A stretch of DNA of 64,000 nt from Chitinispirillaceae bacterium (lineage in GTDB: Bacteria > Fibrobacterota > Chitinivibrionia > Chitinivibrionales > Chitinispirillaceae), in contig JBKHHW010000001.1 of NCBI GenBank assembly GCA_046538945.1, positions 17,765-81,764 of the forward strand, given 5' to 3'. This document shows positions 20,200 to 29,146 of this stretch, in pieces (within the stretch, counting starts at the first letter, position 1; the number at the start of each line of letters is the position of its first letter). The position numbers and the translations under genes were made by a program. The notes under the pieces are model-generated. The model was not told the origin of the DNA, ran no database searches, and saw nothing but the letters and a program-made list of their open reading frames with translations.

Positions 20200-21575
20200 A
20201 ATTTAACCCTCAAAGCTACACCGGGGACCGTTTCTGAACCGGTAAAAACATACTGCTGCTCCAGATTTAACCTGTTCCACACGGTTTTCTGCCCAAGAAG
20301 ATAGGAATTGTAGGCCTTTGCAGTGAAACCGGCATCTACAGCGCTGACTATGTGATTGAGAATCAAGCCGAAAAGGCTGTATTTGGCAGCATCGTAATGG
20401 GAATTGGATTCGGATATCATGGAATTATACTTAGACTGATAACTCGAATACCCGGTCAGGCCCTCTTCTCTGATCCTTCTGCCGGCTTCGTCAATGATGC
20501 GACTTACAAAGTAGAACGAAGCGGCTGTATCCTCATCACTGCGCATATACCGCCCGTAAGCACCATCGATTGTGTCGGCCATGCCGTGATTCACGATTTC
20601 ATCCAGCTTCGGTTCACAGTCTACCCACCCCGGAGTGAGAAAGCTGCTCTGAATCATTTCATAATAACTGTTTTGTTTATGCTCTGCAGCAGCATAAAAA
20701 AAGGAATCAACCTGAAATGTTTCTGAAAACAGAGTATCCGCATATTCGGCTTTTCCCCGGTTCGCAAACTCCTCTGAGAGGACTTCTTTGTACCGATCGA
20801 GAGAATCAACACTGAAGTGTTTATCAGCGATATCACGGGCATCCCGTCTCACACGTGCCCCTTTTACATTGTAGGCTACAGCTACCCCGATAATCGCCGC
20901 TTCAGCCGCAATAAAAGCACCCGCCTTCAAGTAGTTTTTCGAATACGCCTGACCGAGACCCGGCACCAGAAAAGACATCAACATTGCCAGCCTCGGGGAA
21001 CGGTATTCTTCCAGATTGTGAGCGAAATTTATAGACTGAACTTCCTCAATGACCGGTTCTGATGAAGCTGTATCGGCATTTCCGAGTTCCACTTGCTTCT
21101 GAGAGCCGGGAGGCGGTGTTTTTCTGACTCTTTGGGGAGGTTTAGAACTTGCCTCAGATTCCTGCTCGACTGGAGCCGTCTGGGCCGATGTATTAGGAGC
21201 AGAAGAGGAATCCGTGGACTGACCAGCAGAGTCTTGCTGCTCGACAGTCCTTTCGCCGGCCAAAAGATCCTCCGGCCCCTCCTCACTGAGGAGCTCATCC
21301 AGATCCAGCCCCTGACCAGAAGGGGCGGCGGCCTCTGTATCAGCCGCCTTCTTCTCTTCTTGTGGGGGCACTGCTGCCGTGGAACTATCCTTATCCACCT
21401 CCGGCCCGGGTTCGCCATCCTTACCCTCATCCTCCACAACCAAGTCTCCATCCTCAACGGATTCCACTACGACTCCCTGCGGAGAAGACTCGGCAGCACT
21501 ATCTTTTTGGGCCGATGCCACCTGAGCTGAAAAGAAAACAGAAACACCTAAAGCCAGCAGCGTACGCCTGTTCAT
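20196..21575 (-). CDS. Exported protein with an acidic low-complexity region plus a PGLGQ membrane module; long paralog of the downstream gene
   Basis: 459 aa with a signal peptide (MNRRTLLALGVSVFFSAQVASAQ) and about 150 aa of E/D/S/P-rich sequence. Then come SFLVPGLGQAYSKNYLKAGAFIAAEAAIIGVAVAY and, further on, LFGLILNHIVSAVDAG. The C-terminus is ...VALRVKF. Confidence 0.6.
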   Translation of the reverse strand: MNRRTLLALGVSVFFSAQVASAQKDSAAESSPQGVVVESVEDGDLVVEDEGKDGEPGPEVDKDSSTAAVPPQEEKKAADTEAAAPSGQGLDLDELLSEEGPEDLLAGERTVEQQDSAGQSTDSSSAPNTSAQTAPVEQESEASSKPPQRVRKTPPPGSQKQVELGNADTASSEPVIEEVQSINFAHNLEEYRSPRLAMLMSFLVPGLGQAYSKNYLKAGAFIAAEAAIIGVAVAYNVKGARVRRDARDIADKHFSVDSLDRYKEVLSEEFANRGKAEYADTLFSETFQVDSFFYAAAEHKQNSYYEMIQSSFLTPGWVDCEPKLDEIVNHGMADTIDGAYGRYMRSDEDTAASFYFVSRIIDEAGRRIREEGLTGYSSYQSKYNSMISESNSHYDAAKYSLFGLILNHIVSAVDAGFTAKAYNSYLLGQKTVWNRLNLEQQYVFTGSETVPGVALRVKF

Positions 21576-21602
21576 AACACTCCTATTCCCAAGACCGAAA
21601 AA

Positions 21603-22409
21603 CTACAACCCGAGCACATCCTTCATTGTATAAGAGCCGGGCTGTTTCGACGAGAGCCACTTAGCTGTCTCAACCGCCCCTCTCGCAAAAGTACTCCGGC
21701 TGTGTGCCATATGCCTCAATTCAACCCTTTCGCCCATTCCGGCAAAGAGTACTGTGTGATCACCAACTATATCGCCCCCCCGTACCGCGTGCATTCCGAC
21801 CTCGCTGGATGAACGGGTCGAGGATGCCATTCCGGACCGGCCATTAACTATAGCCTCATCATAGCTCTTCTCCAAAGCATCGGCAACTATTTCTCCCAGT
21901 CTGCGGGCAGTTCCGCTCGGAGAATCCTTCTTGAATCTATGATGCGCTTCCACAATTTCTATGTCAAAACTGCCTTTGAGCCGCTTTGACACCAGTTCTG
22001 TAAGCGAAAAAAGCAGATTGACACCGAGACTCATGTTCGGACTCACCACCACCGGAATAGTCTGCGCGGCCTTTTCGGCGAGTTCATAATCGCTTTTTTC
22101 AAGCCCGGTGGTTCCCACCACCATCGGTTTCTTGTGCTCTGAAGCTCTCTCCAGAAGAGAACGGGTAGACTGAACGGATGAAAAATCGATAATCACTCCG
22201 TCAGCCACGCCGGCTTGCTCCAGGGAGGAAGTGACTTTCAAACCGCCGAAGTCAGCCCCGATGCACTGTCCATAATTCTCGCCCATTTTGGGGTGAGAAG
22301 GATACTCCACTGCCGCGGCCAGTTTAACCGAAGGGTCATCCTGAATCACTTTGGCAATCTCAATCCCCATACGGCCCAGAGCACCCATAATTAAAATATC
22401 TATTGCCAT
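21603..22409 (-). CDS. dapB: 4-hydroxy-tetrahydrodipicolinate reductase
   Basis: Motifs GALGRMG and EAHHRFKKDSPSGTA. I chose the ATG at 22409 (MAIDILIMG...). The ORF-track TTG at 22424 overlaps the dapA stop and is the alternative. Confidence 0.9.
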   Translation of the reverse strand: MAIDILIMGALGRMGIEIAKVIQDDPSVKLAAAVEYPSHPKMGENYGQCIGADFGGLKVTSSLEQAGVADGVIIDFSSVQSTRSLLERASEHKKPMVVGTTGLEKSDYELAEKAAQTIPVVVSPNMSLGVNLLFSLTELVSKRLKGSFDIEIVEAHHRFKKDSPSGTARRLGEIVADALEKSYDEAIVNGRSGMASSTRSSSEVGMHAVRGGDIVGDHTVLFAGMGERVELRHMAHSRSTFARGAVETAKWLSSKQPGSYTMKDVLGL

Positions 22410-22420
22410 AATGGTCCCTT

Positions 22421-23308
22421 TCAAGACTTTTTGGGAAGAGAGTACGTTTCGAGTACGGAGAGCAGCTGCTTTTTATTGTCTTCCTTCATGGAAACTAACG
22501 GCAGTCTCACCGGCCCGGCCGCAAGCCCAAGGTGATCCATACATGCCTTTATCGGCACAGGATTGGCCTCTATGAACACGAACTGAGACAGAGGGAGAAG
22601 CTCCTCGTGAATTTTCAGTGCTGTCGAGGTATCTCCGTTGAGAAAAGAGTCGATCATTGAACCCATTTTGTCAGGAACGATATTTCCGATCACGGATATC
22701 ACTCCTTTTCCTCCGCAGGCAAGGGTGGGCAGAGTCAGTCCGTCATCCCCGGAAAGAATGGTGACTCTGTCTCCGCAGCGGCGATGTATCTCCGAAACCT
22801 GAGCGACACTTCCGCTGGCTTCCTTGATTGCGGCAACACTCTTCAGTTCACAGAGCCGTTCGAGGGTTTCAGGAAGCATATTCACTCCGGTACGCCCCGG
22901 AACGTTGTAGAGTACCATAGGGACATCCACATTTTCGGCAATCGCCTTGAAATGCTGATACAGTCCCTCCTGAGTGGGCTTGTTGTAGTAAGGAGTGATG
23001 GTCAGGATTGCATCCGCGCCCTTCTCTTTTGCGTGCTGAGCGGCATTGATCGCCTCTTTTGTGTTGTTGGAGCCGGCTCCCGCAATCACCTGCACTCGTC
23101 CCTTTGCCTGTTCGACCGCGATGTCCACCACCCGGTTGTGCTCCTGCCAATCCAGCGTAGCAGACTCGCCGGTGGTCCCGCAGGGAACGATTCCGGCAGC
23201 CCCTTTTGAAATCAGGTATTCGATATTGGACCTGAGTCCCTCTTCATCCAGTTTTCCGTCTTTAGTGAATGGCGTTACTATTGCCACATAACATCCGCGA
23301 AATTCCAT
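22421..23308 (-). CDS. dapA: 4-hydroxy-tetrahydrodipicolinate synthase
   Basis: 295 aa with VAIVTPF, GTTGESATL, YNVPGRTG and AIKEASG (the Schiff-base Lys context). Confidence 0.95.
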   Translation of the reverse strand: MEFRGCYVAIVTPFTKDGKLDEEGLRSNIEYLISKGAAGIVPCGTTGESATLDWQEHNRVVDIAVEQAKGRVQVIAGAGSNNTKEAINAAQHAKEKGADAILTITPYYNKPTQEGLYQHFKAIAENVDVPMVLYNVPGRTGVNMLPETLERLCELKSVAAIKEASGSVAQVSEIHRRCGDRVTILSGDDGLTLPTLACGGKGVISVIGNIVPDKMGSMIDSFLNGDTSTALKIHEELLPLSQFVFIEANPVPIKACMDHLGLAAGPVRLPLVSMKEDNKKQLLSVLETYSLPKKS

Positions 23309-23349
23309 CAGAATCTCCTTCTGTTAAACGTGTGTTGTGTCTACCTAAT

Positions 23350-23393
23350 AAAAATGCCGGGTTTCCGGAACTTGAACTCCAGGATGCCCGGCA
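23350..23393 (-). terminator. Candidate terminator after rplI
   Basis: Minus-strand RNA reads UGCCGGG-(25 nt)-CCCGGCA followed by UUUUUAUU. The 7-bp GC stem has a large loop. It lies 41 nt after the rplI stop. Confidence 0.4.
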
Positions 23394-23433
23394 CAAGAGT
23401 TTTTGATGCTCTAGACCAAACAAAAGCCGACAA

Positions 23434-23883
23434 TCAGCTTTCTTCTTTCACAACCCAGACCTTCAGCTTCGCACCCACATCCCGGAAAAGGTTGATATCC
23501 ACCGAATATACTCCAAGCTGTTTGATGGGCTCTTCGAGGGCAACCTGCCTTTTTTCGACATTGAACCCCTCCTTTTTGAGGAATTCAGAAATGTCCTGAG
23601 CACTGACAGACCCGTAAATCTGCTCCTCCGCGCCTACCTTCACAGGAATGGTGCACGGAGTCTGCTCAATTTTCTTGCCCATTTCACGGGCTTCGGCCAG
23701 CTGCTGTTCCTCGCGTTTTTCAGAGACACGCCTCATCTCAGCGACCTGCTTCTTATTCCCCTCGGTCGCAATAACTGCTATGCCCTGCGGTATGAGAAAA
23801 TTTCTGGCGAAACCGTCTTTGACGGAAACGATATCCATTGCTCTACCAAGACTCTGGTAATCCTTCTTAAGAACGACTTGCAT
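23434..23883 (-). CDS. rplI: 50S ribosomal protein L9
   Basis: 149 aa; MQVVLKKDYQSLGRAMDIVSVKDGFARNFLIPQGIA is the L9 N-terminus. Confidence 0.95.
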   Translation of the reverse strand: MQVVLKKDYQSLGRAMDIVSVKDGFARNFLIPQGIAVIATEGNKKQVAEMRRVSEKREEQQLAEAREMGKKIEQTPCTIPVKVGAEEQIYGSVSAQDISEFLKKEGFNVEKRQVALEEPIKQLGVYSVDINLFRDVGAKLKVWVVKEES

Positions 23884-23916
23884 TTTTATTACTCCTCCAC
23901 TTTACCGGTCGTCAGA

Positions 23917-24147
23917 TTATTTGATGTTTTCAGCCACAAACGGCAGAAGTGCCAAGTGTCTGGCACGCTTGACAGCAGTGGCCAGCTTTCTCTGATTCTT
24001 CGAACTGACGCCCGAGAGGCGGCGGGGAACAATTTTCCCACGCTCAGTCACATATCTTCCAATAGTTCTTATATCTTTGTAATCCGGCTCTACTTTATTC
24101 TGCTCAAACCAGCAGACCTTTTTTGCTCTTCTTTTCCCAAGTGCCAT
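23917..24147 (-). CDS. rpsR: 30S ribosomal protein S18
   Basis: 76 aa with [41 protein letters not shown]. Confidence 0.95.
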   Translation of the reverse strand: MALGKRRAKKVCWFEQNKVEPDYKDIRTIGRYVTERGKIVPRRLSGVSSKNQRKLATAVKRARHLALLPFVAENIK

Positions 24148-24178
24148 TATGATCTTTCTCCCTTATGAATATTTACAC

Positions 24179-24562
24179 TTATTCCTGATCAGCGCTTTCT
24201 TTATCTTCCCCTGCAGCCGCAGCAGCCTCAGAACGCTCCCTGCGTGCAACCAGCTCCGCGCGGGCAATGTCATTTTTGACATTTCTGACCACAGTGAGAT
24301 GGCGCAGAATGTTTTCATTAAGCTTGATGGACTTTTCAAATTCAGCAGGAACATTACCCTCTCCCTTGTACAGAAAAAGAACGTAATGACCGGATCTTTT
24401 CTTTTTTATGGGGTACGCCAATGCCCTCTTTCCCCACACATCCACCTTCTCAAGCTCAGCATTGGCACTGAAGAATTCCTCAAGCTTCTTCTGTTCCTTC
24501 TGGATCACGTCTTCGGGAAGAGACCCGTCGATCACGATCGCTGTTTCATAGGGTCGAATCAC
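24179..24562 (-). CDS. rpsF: 30S ribosomal protein S6
   Basis: 127 aa; MIRPYETAIVIDGSL...WGKRALAYPIKK is the S6 pattern, with an acidic tail. Confidence 0.95.
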   Translation of the reverse strand: MIRPYETAIVIDGSLPEDVIQKEQKKLEEFFSANAELEKVDVWGKRALAYPIKKKRSGHYVLFLYKGEGNVPAEFEKSIKLNENILRHLTVVRNVKNDIARAELVARRERSEAAAAAGEDKESADQE

Positions 24563-24621
24563 TTACTACCTCCTGTGGTCGTTTAGGGCCCCGGAACGGA
24601 TATTCCGGAGCAGGATTATTT

Positions 24622-25278
24622 TTATTCTAAATTTCCGTTCCCGTCGTTCAACGGCACGGAATTATATCTGTTCATTGTCCTTTCGATACCATTATCAAGC
24701 AAAAATCGCACTGCAGCAGCCGACGCATCCACCACCTTCTGTACTTTCTCATTCTCCCGGTCGGTGAAATTACCCAAAACAAAGCTTATGATATCCACCC
24801 CGGAAGGCAATGGCCCTATCCCCACCCTCATCCGGGGGAAATCGGAACCGACAGCGGAGCTTATAGACTTCAAACCATTGTGACCGCCATGGCTCCCCCC
24901 CTTGCGGAACCTGATCGTTCCCAAAGGGATGTTGAAGTCATCCACGATTACCAAGCTATTACAAAGAGGCAGTCCATATCTTTCCAGGCATGCCTTTACA
25001 GCCACCCCGGAACGGTTCATGAAAGTAAGCGGCTTCACCAGCACAAGCGGCTTCAGACCGGGTTTGGGTACCCCTTCGACACAGACCGAACTGCAGTGCC
25101 TGCGGACCGACCCTTCCGAAAGATCTGCTTGTAGACGGTCAATGATTCTGAAACCGACATTGTGACGAGTAAACTCATACTCATCACCGGGATTACCCAA
25201 TCCGAAAAGAATGTACGAAGGCTTGAATTCAGCCCTGCGTTTGCCAAAAAATTTCTCAAAGAGCGTTAACAGACACAT
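24622..25278 (-). CDS. pth: Peptidyl-tRNA hydrolase
   Basis: Motifs LFGLGNPGDEYEFTRHNVGF and GGHNGLKS. The approx. 20-aa N-terminal leader suggests the true start may be internal or non-ATG. Confidence 0.9.
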   Translation of the reverse strand: MCLLTLFEKFFGKRRAEFKPSYILFGLGNPGDEYEFTRHNVGFRIIDRLQADLSEGSVRRHCSSVCVEGVPKPGLKPLVLVKPLTFMNRSGVAVKACLERYGLPLCNSLVIVDDFNIPLGTIRFRKGGSHGGHNGLKSISSAVGSDFPRMRVGIGPLPSGVDIISFVLGNFTDRENEKVQKVVDASAAAVRFLLDNGIERTMNRYNSVPLNDGNGNLE

Positions 25279-25303
25279 TTCAATAAAGCGGCTGCCCTTG
25301 AAT

Positions 25304-25909
25304 TCAGGAGGCCGCTTCCTCTTCGCTCTCCTCCGCGGTTGTTTCTGAAACCCGAGTAGGAGGTGTCACAACGGCAAGCACCTCTTCAGGTGCATCCTTG
25401 ATGACGATTTTGGGAATGGAAACATCTCTCACATGAATAGATTCCCCGATTTTCAGCTCAGACACGTTGATTGTGACGTTTTCCGGAATATCTGCAGGCA
25501 GACACTCGACTTTGACAGTTTTAACCGGATGACCCAACACCCCGTTATCCACCTTCACTCCAACAGGAACGCCCTCGATTTCCAGAGGGACATCGACAAC
25601 AACTTTCTCATTCATGTCCACATGCATGAAATCGATATGGTAGAACTCATTGTCCCTCAGGACACTACGCTGCACTTCACGGATGACAGCAATGGAATCA
25701 CCGCCGTTTTCGAGCCCCAGATCGACCAGATGAGTGAGCTGTCTGTTTCTGACCATAGTGGCGAAATCTTTATGGAAAACCTCGATCTTCTTCGGTTCCA
25801 GATCGTGACCATAATAGATCGCGGGAATCCAACCCTGGGAACGGGCCTTGCGAGTGTAGGACTTTCCGTCACCCTCCCGCACACGTGTCTGCAATTTAAC
25901 AATATCCAA
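25304..25909 (-). CDS. rplY: 50S ribosomal protein L25 / general stress protein Ctc
   Basis: 201 aa with RKARSQGWIPAIYYG. The TTG start at 25909 is preceded by GAGGAGG. It has an acidic C-terminal tail. Confidence 0.9.
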   Translation of the reverse strand: MDIVKLQTRVREGDGKSYTRKARSQGWIPAIYYGHDLEPKKIEVFHKDFATMVRNRQLTHLVDLGLENGGDSIAVIREVQRSVLRDNEFYHIDFMHVDMNEKVVVDVPLEIEGVPVGVKVDNGVLGHPVKTVKVECLPADIPENVTINVSELKIGESIHVRDVSIPKIVIKDAPEEVLAVVTPPTRVSETTAEESEEEAAS

Positions 25910-25965
25910 AGTACGACCTCCTCGGACAAACGCTTTAATTTATTCAACTGATTTAGCCAAATGAA

Positions 25966-26041
25966 TGGCTGGGGCGGAAGGATTCGAACCCTCGAATACA
26001 TGGACCAAAACCATGTGACTTAGCCGCTTGTCGACGCCCCA
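25966..26041 (-). tRNA. tRNA-Gln (anticodon UUG), CCA encoded
   Basis: Hand-folded reverse complement: TGGGGCG-TC-GACAAGCGGCTAAGTC-A-CATGG-TTTTGGT-CCATG-TATTC-GAGGG-TTCGAAT-CCTTC-CGCCCCA-G-CCA. It has the U1-A72 pair typical of bacterial tRNA-Gln and U33. Confidence 0.9.
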
Positions 26042-26140
26042 GCAAAGGCCGGATTTAAAAAATAATCTTTTAAATATAAGTGATGGCAACGCAAGAGGAA
26101 AGATAATCAAAAGACAGAACAGGTTTTTGCTTTGAAGCAC

Positions 26141-26485
26141 CTACATCGGAACTATCCGCTTTTTGGAATAATCCGAACCGCAGTCGGCAGTCTGCAGGTG
26201 ATTCGCTTCAAAAGCTTCTAACCCGCCCCGTTTGTTGATCTCGATTTCAAAGGCATCCAGAACCTTATCCTCGATTTTCTGTCTCGTTTCGTTGTTTATG
26301 GGATGTGCAAGATCTTGGAAAGAGCCGTTGAAACGACGTCGGCTGGGCATAGACACGAAGAAGCCTCGGCAGCCGTTAATGACTCTCAACCCTCTTACCA
26401 CAAAGCAGTCATCAAAAACTATATCGGCGTACGCTTTGAGCTTTCCCTCACTTCTCAAAGTGATATTTACTTCTGTGATCTCCAC
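26141..26485 (-). CDS. spoVG: Septation/regulatory protein SpoVG
   Basis: 114 aa; MEITEVNITLRSEGKLKAYADIVFDDCFVVRGLRVINGCRGFFVSMPSRR is the SpoVG core. The GTG start is preceded by AGGAGG. Confidence 0.9.
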   Translation of the reverse strand: MEITEVNITLRSEGKLKAYADIVFDDCFVVRGLRVINGCRGFFVSMPSRRRFNGSFQDLAHPINNETRQKIEDKVLDAFEIEINKRGGLEAFEANHLQTADCGSDYSKKRIVPM

Positions 26486-26550
26486 AGCGAGCCTCCTGAT
26501 GATGGGTGTGTGTATGCCGGAAACGACAGGGTTAAGCTCGGCATACTTAT

Positions 26551-26579
26551 AATATACACAGTTATCTTTCTTTTGCCAA
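26551..26579 (-). promoter_or_regulatory. Sigma70-like promoter for spoVG
   Basis: On the minus strand: TTGGCA (26579-26574), a 17-nt spacer, then TATATT (26556-26551). The predicted transcript starts at or inside an 8-bp hairpin, GTATGCCG(19 nt)CGGCATAC, at 26512-26546. Confidence 0.45.
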
Positions 26580-26818
26580 TTCAGTTTGAAAAAAAAACAT
26601 TTTTTTTACCTGAATGACATAGAGACCAGAAAGGTACAAAGCTGTTAAAAAAGGGTCTGAAGATGCCTAATCCCCTGTTTTGCAGAAGGATACAGCAAAA
26701 ACCAAAGTTGACTCAGCAACAGTAAAAGTGGCGATACTACTTGCCCCGGCACGGTGTAGAACATTTATTTTATTCTTTTAGCTAAATTCTTATCCTTTCA
26801 ATTCAGGCCATAAGTCAC

Positions 26819-27742
26819 ATGAGCGCTTCTAAAAAAGATCTGCTGACACTGCTCGAGTTTTCTCCTGACGAACTACGCAACATCATTTCGCTTGCCGCGG
26901 AACTGAAAGCCAAAAGGTATTCATATCCCTACCGCACTTTCGAACAGAAATCCGGGGTGCTTATCTTTGAAAAACCCTCCCTGCGCACCAGGATCACCTT
27001 TGAAACAGCCATAAATGAACTGGGCGGACATGCCATCAATCTGGCCAGCGCAGCGGTGGGGATGGGAAAACGGGAAAGTGTGGAGGATGTTGCACGGAAC
27101 CTTGAACGGGTGGTACACCTGATCGTGGCACGCACTTTCGAACACGACACGGTCGTGCAGCTGGCCAGGTTTAGTTCCATACCCGTCATTAACGCTCTTA
27201 CAGACTCGTTTCACCCCTGCCAAGCACTGGCTTTCGCTCTCACGGTTCACGAGAACCGGCCTGGCCATAAACCGAACATTGTCTTCATCGGTGACGGAAA
27301 CAACGTCTGCAACTCCATCATGGTGATTTGTGCTAAACTCGGCTATTCCTTCACAGTCGTGGGCCCCAGGGGTTACGAACCGCATCAGGAAATGGTACGT
27401 AGCTGCATGGAAATCTGCAAGCAAACCGGAGGCTCGCTCACGATTACTAATGATTTGTTCCCGGCTGTGGAAAAAGCCGAAATACTCTACACCGACGTCT
27501 GGACGAGCATGGGGCAGGAAGAAGAATCAGAAAAACGCATAAAGGACTTCCGATCATACCAGGTCAATACCGAACTGGTACGGAAAGCCCCCAAGGATGT
27601 TCTGGTTTCACACTGTCTTCCGGCACACCGGGACGAGGAAATCACTAGCGAAGTTCTCGATTCACCACATTCAGTGGCTTTCGATGAAGCGGAAAACAGG
27701 CTTCATGTTCAGAAAGCTGCAATCGTGCACCTTTTTTCCTAA
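26819..27742 (+). CDS. argF: Ornithine carbamoyltransferase
   Basis: 307 aa with FEKPSLRTR, HPCQALA, DVWTSMGQEEE and HCLPAHR. Confidence 0.9.
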   Translation: MSASKKDLLTLLEFSPDELRNIISLAAELKAKRYSYPYRTFEQKSGVLIFEKPSLRTRITFETAINELGGHAINLASAAVGMGKRESVEDVARNLERVVHLIVARTFEHDTVVQLARFSSIPVINALTDSFHPCQALAFALTVHENRPGHKPNIVFIGDGNNVCNSIMVICAKLGYSFTVVGPRGYEPHQEMVRSCMEICKQTGGSLTITNDLFPAVEKAEILYTDVWTSMGQEEESEKRIKDFRSYQVNTELVRKAPKDVLVSHCLPAHRDEEITSEVLDSPHSVAFDEAENRLHVQKAAIVHLFS

Positions 27743-27758
27743 CACAGGCGAAAAATCT

Positions 27759-28529
27759 ATGGCTGAAAAACGCGTTTCATTCGGGATAAAGGCACTTGAT
27801 AAAATGTGCTGCGGCGGTCTGCTCAGGGGCTCTGCAAACCTTTTCGAAGGTGCCCCGGGGACCGGCAAAACGACCATGGCAATGCAGTACATCTTCAACG
27901 GCATCACCATGTACGGCGAGCCGGGCCTAATCATCACTTTCGAGGAATTCCCACAGCAGTATTACCATGATGCACTGCAGTTCGGGTGGGATTTCAAGAA
28001 ACTTGAAGCCGAAGGAAAGCTCAAGGTCATCTTTTCCGATCCCGAAACCGCCTTGTCCGAATTCGACAAAATGGACGGAGAATTCGTCTCCATCGTCGAG
28101 GAACTTGGTGTTAAACGGGTGGTGGTAGATTCCATGACCCACTTCGAATCGCTTACCCTGGACAATCATGAACTGAGGGATATAGAGAGGCGATTTATCA
28201 ACGCGCTGAAAAGAGAAGGCGTCACCAGTATTCTTCTCAGAGAAAACGACAGTCTTCTGGGCCAGGTCTCTCATATCACCAGTAAAATTCCTTTTATCGT
28301 TGACACTTATGTGCTTTTACGATATGTTGAAATAGACAGTGCCATAGAAAAGGCGCTCTGTTTTCTTAAAATGAGGGGAAGTGATCATCAGAAAGATATC
28401 CGCTGTTTCAGAATTACCTCTAAGGGAATCGAAGTTGAAGCGAAATTCAGCGGCAAGGAAGGTATAATGAGCGGTATCACACATTCCACTCCCCAAGATG
28501 CTTTTGTTGATGCATTCGGAAAGAAATAA
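27759..28529 (+). CDS. Single-domain KaiC-like (RecA-superfamily) ATPase
   Basis: The ATG at 27759 gives MAEKRVSFGIKALDKMCCGGLLRGSANLFEGAPGTGKTTMAMQY. It has a Walker A (GAPGTGKT), ITFEE (catalytic Glu position) and a Walker B (KRVVVDSMTHF). It is about 256 aa, one KaiC/RadA-type domain. The ORF-track start at 27597 overlaps argF and is rejected. Confidence 0.8.
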   Translation: MAEKRVSFGIKALDKMCCGGLLRGSANLFEGAPGTGKTTMAMQYIFNGITMYGEPGLIITFEEFPQQYYHDALQFGWDFKKLEAEGKLKVIFSDPETALSEFDKMDGEFVSIVEELGVKRVVVDSMTHFESLTLDNHELRDIERRFINALKREGVTSILLRENDSLLGQVSHITSKIPFIVDTYVLLRYVEIDSAIEKALCFLKMRGSDHQKDIRCFRITSKGIEVEAKFSGKEGIMSGITHSTPQDAFVDAFGKK

Positions 28530-28534
28530 GTGTT

Positions 28535-28831
28535 ATGGAAGTTCCGTCAACTGCAGACATACTGCTAATTGCCGGATATGTGATGTTCTGCATGGGTCTG
28601 AACGTGATAGCGTTTCTGATCTCTTCGTTTTACAAGAAGAAACTCAAGCAGCCCTCTCCGACTCTGGGTTTTCTTCTTGCTCTTCTGTTTGGAGCAGTGT
28701 TTATCGGTTCGCTTATAATGAGAGATTTTCATTCTCAGAGTCTCCAGGCTATTTCCCTTCTGGGCTACAGCATGAGTTCTACATTGAGTATAGTGGGGTT
28801 GTATCTGTCCATGAGAAAAACCAGGAAGTGA
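28535..28831 (+). CDS. Small 3-TM membrane protein (98 aa)
   Basis: Three hydrophobic helices: ILLIAGYVMFCMGLNVIAFLISSF, LGFLLALLFGAVFIGSLI and ISLLGYSMSSTLSIVGLYLSM. It starts 5 nt after the KaiC-like stop. Confidence 0.55.
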   Translation: MEVPSTADILLIAGYVMFCMGLNVIAFLISSFYKKKLKQPSPTLGFLLALLFGAVFIGSLIMRDFHSQSLQAISLLGYSMSSTLSIVGLYLSMRKTRK

Positions 28832-28832
28832 T

Positions 28833-29132
28833 ATGATTTACGAACAGACACTTTTCTTTTTTGATGTATCTGCAGTTTCGCTGATGCTTGTGCTTGCATA
28901 TCTCAGCAAGCGCCTGGGAGATGCACTGCAGATCAAACCCTATTACCGAATCCTTTTTTTCACTTCGGCTGCGATAGTGGGAGCTTCCGGCATAGACACA
29001 ATACCGTCGTCTTTGAGTTTCACTCTGACTGCGATCCTGACCAATTTCATCAGATTCGCAGCTTCACTCACAGCTCTTGTCGTCGTGCTGCGCTACTGGA
29101 AATGGCTCTTTGCTGAATTTTCCAAAACTTAA
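28833..29132 (+). CDS. Small 3-TM membrane protein (99 aa), likely paralog of the preceding one
   Basis: Three helices: FFFDVSAVSLMLVLAYLS, YYRILFFTSAAIVGASGI and LTAILTNFIRFAASLTALVVVL. It starts 1 nt after the previous stop. It shares the same TM1-basic-(Q/I)KP-TM2 layout. Confidence 0.55.
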   Translation: MIYEQTLFFFDVSAVSLMLVLAYLSKRLGDALQIKPYYRILFFTSAAIVGASGIDTIPSSLSFTLTAILTNFIRFAASLTALVVVLRYWKWLFAEFSKT

Positions 29133-29146
29133 GGTCTGCGGAAACT

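Noticed and set aside
19603-20304. 233-aa plus-strand ORF
   Set aside because: It is antisense to two coupled minus-strand genes that have signal peptides and shared motifs. Its translation is Arg/Leu/Ser-rich shadow sequence.
21029-21577. Alternative-frame and antisense ORFs (142, 145 and 71 aa) in the acidic low-complexity region
   Set aside because: These are compositional artefacts of the E/D/S/P-rich coding stretch of the 459-aa gene.
23917-24562. Absence of ssb/priB between rpsF and rpsR
   Set aside because: The rpsF-rpsR-rplI order without ssb is common in several phyla, so it is not anomalous.
25657-26140. ORFs of 114 aa and 66 aa on the minus strand
   Set aside because: They overlap tRNA-Gln and the rplY 5' end, so they are incompatible with the well-folded tRNA.
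27597-27758. N-terminal extension of the KaiC-like ORF as given in the ORF track
   Set aside because: It would overlap the 3' end of argF by 146 nt and adds no recognisable sequence. The ATG at 27759, 16 nt after the argF stop, gives a canonical KaiC-domain N-terminus.
27759-28529. Calling the ATPase a circadian KaiC / KaiABC clock
   Set aside because: It has a single domain (about 256 aa) rather than the duplicated KaiC. No kaiA or kaiB is adjacent, and the KaiCII phosphosite context is not identifiable.
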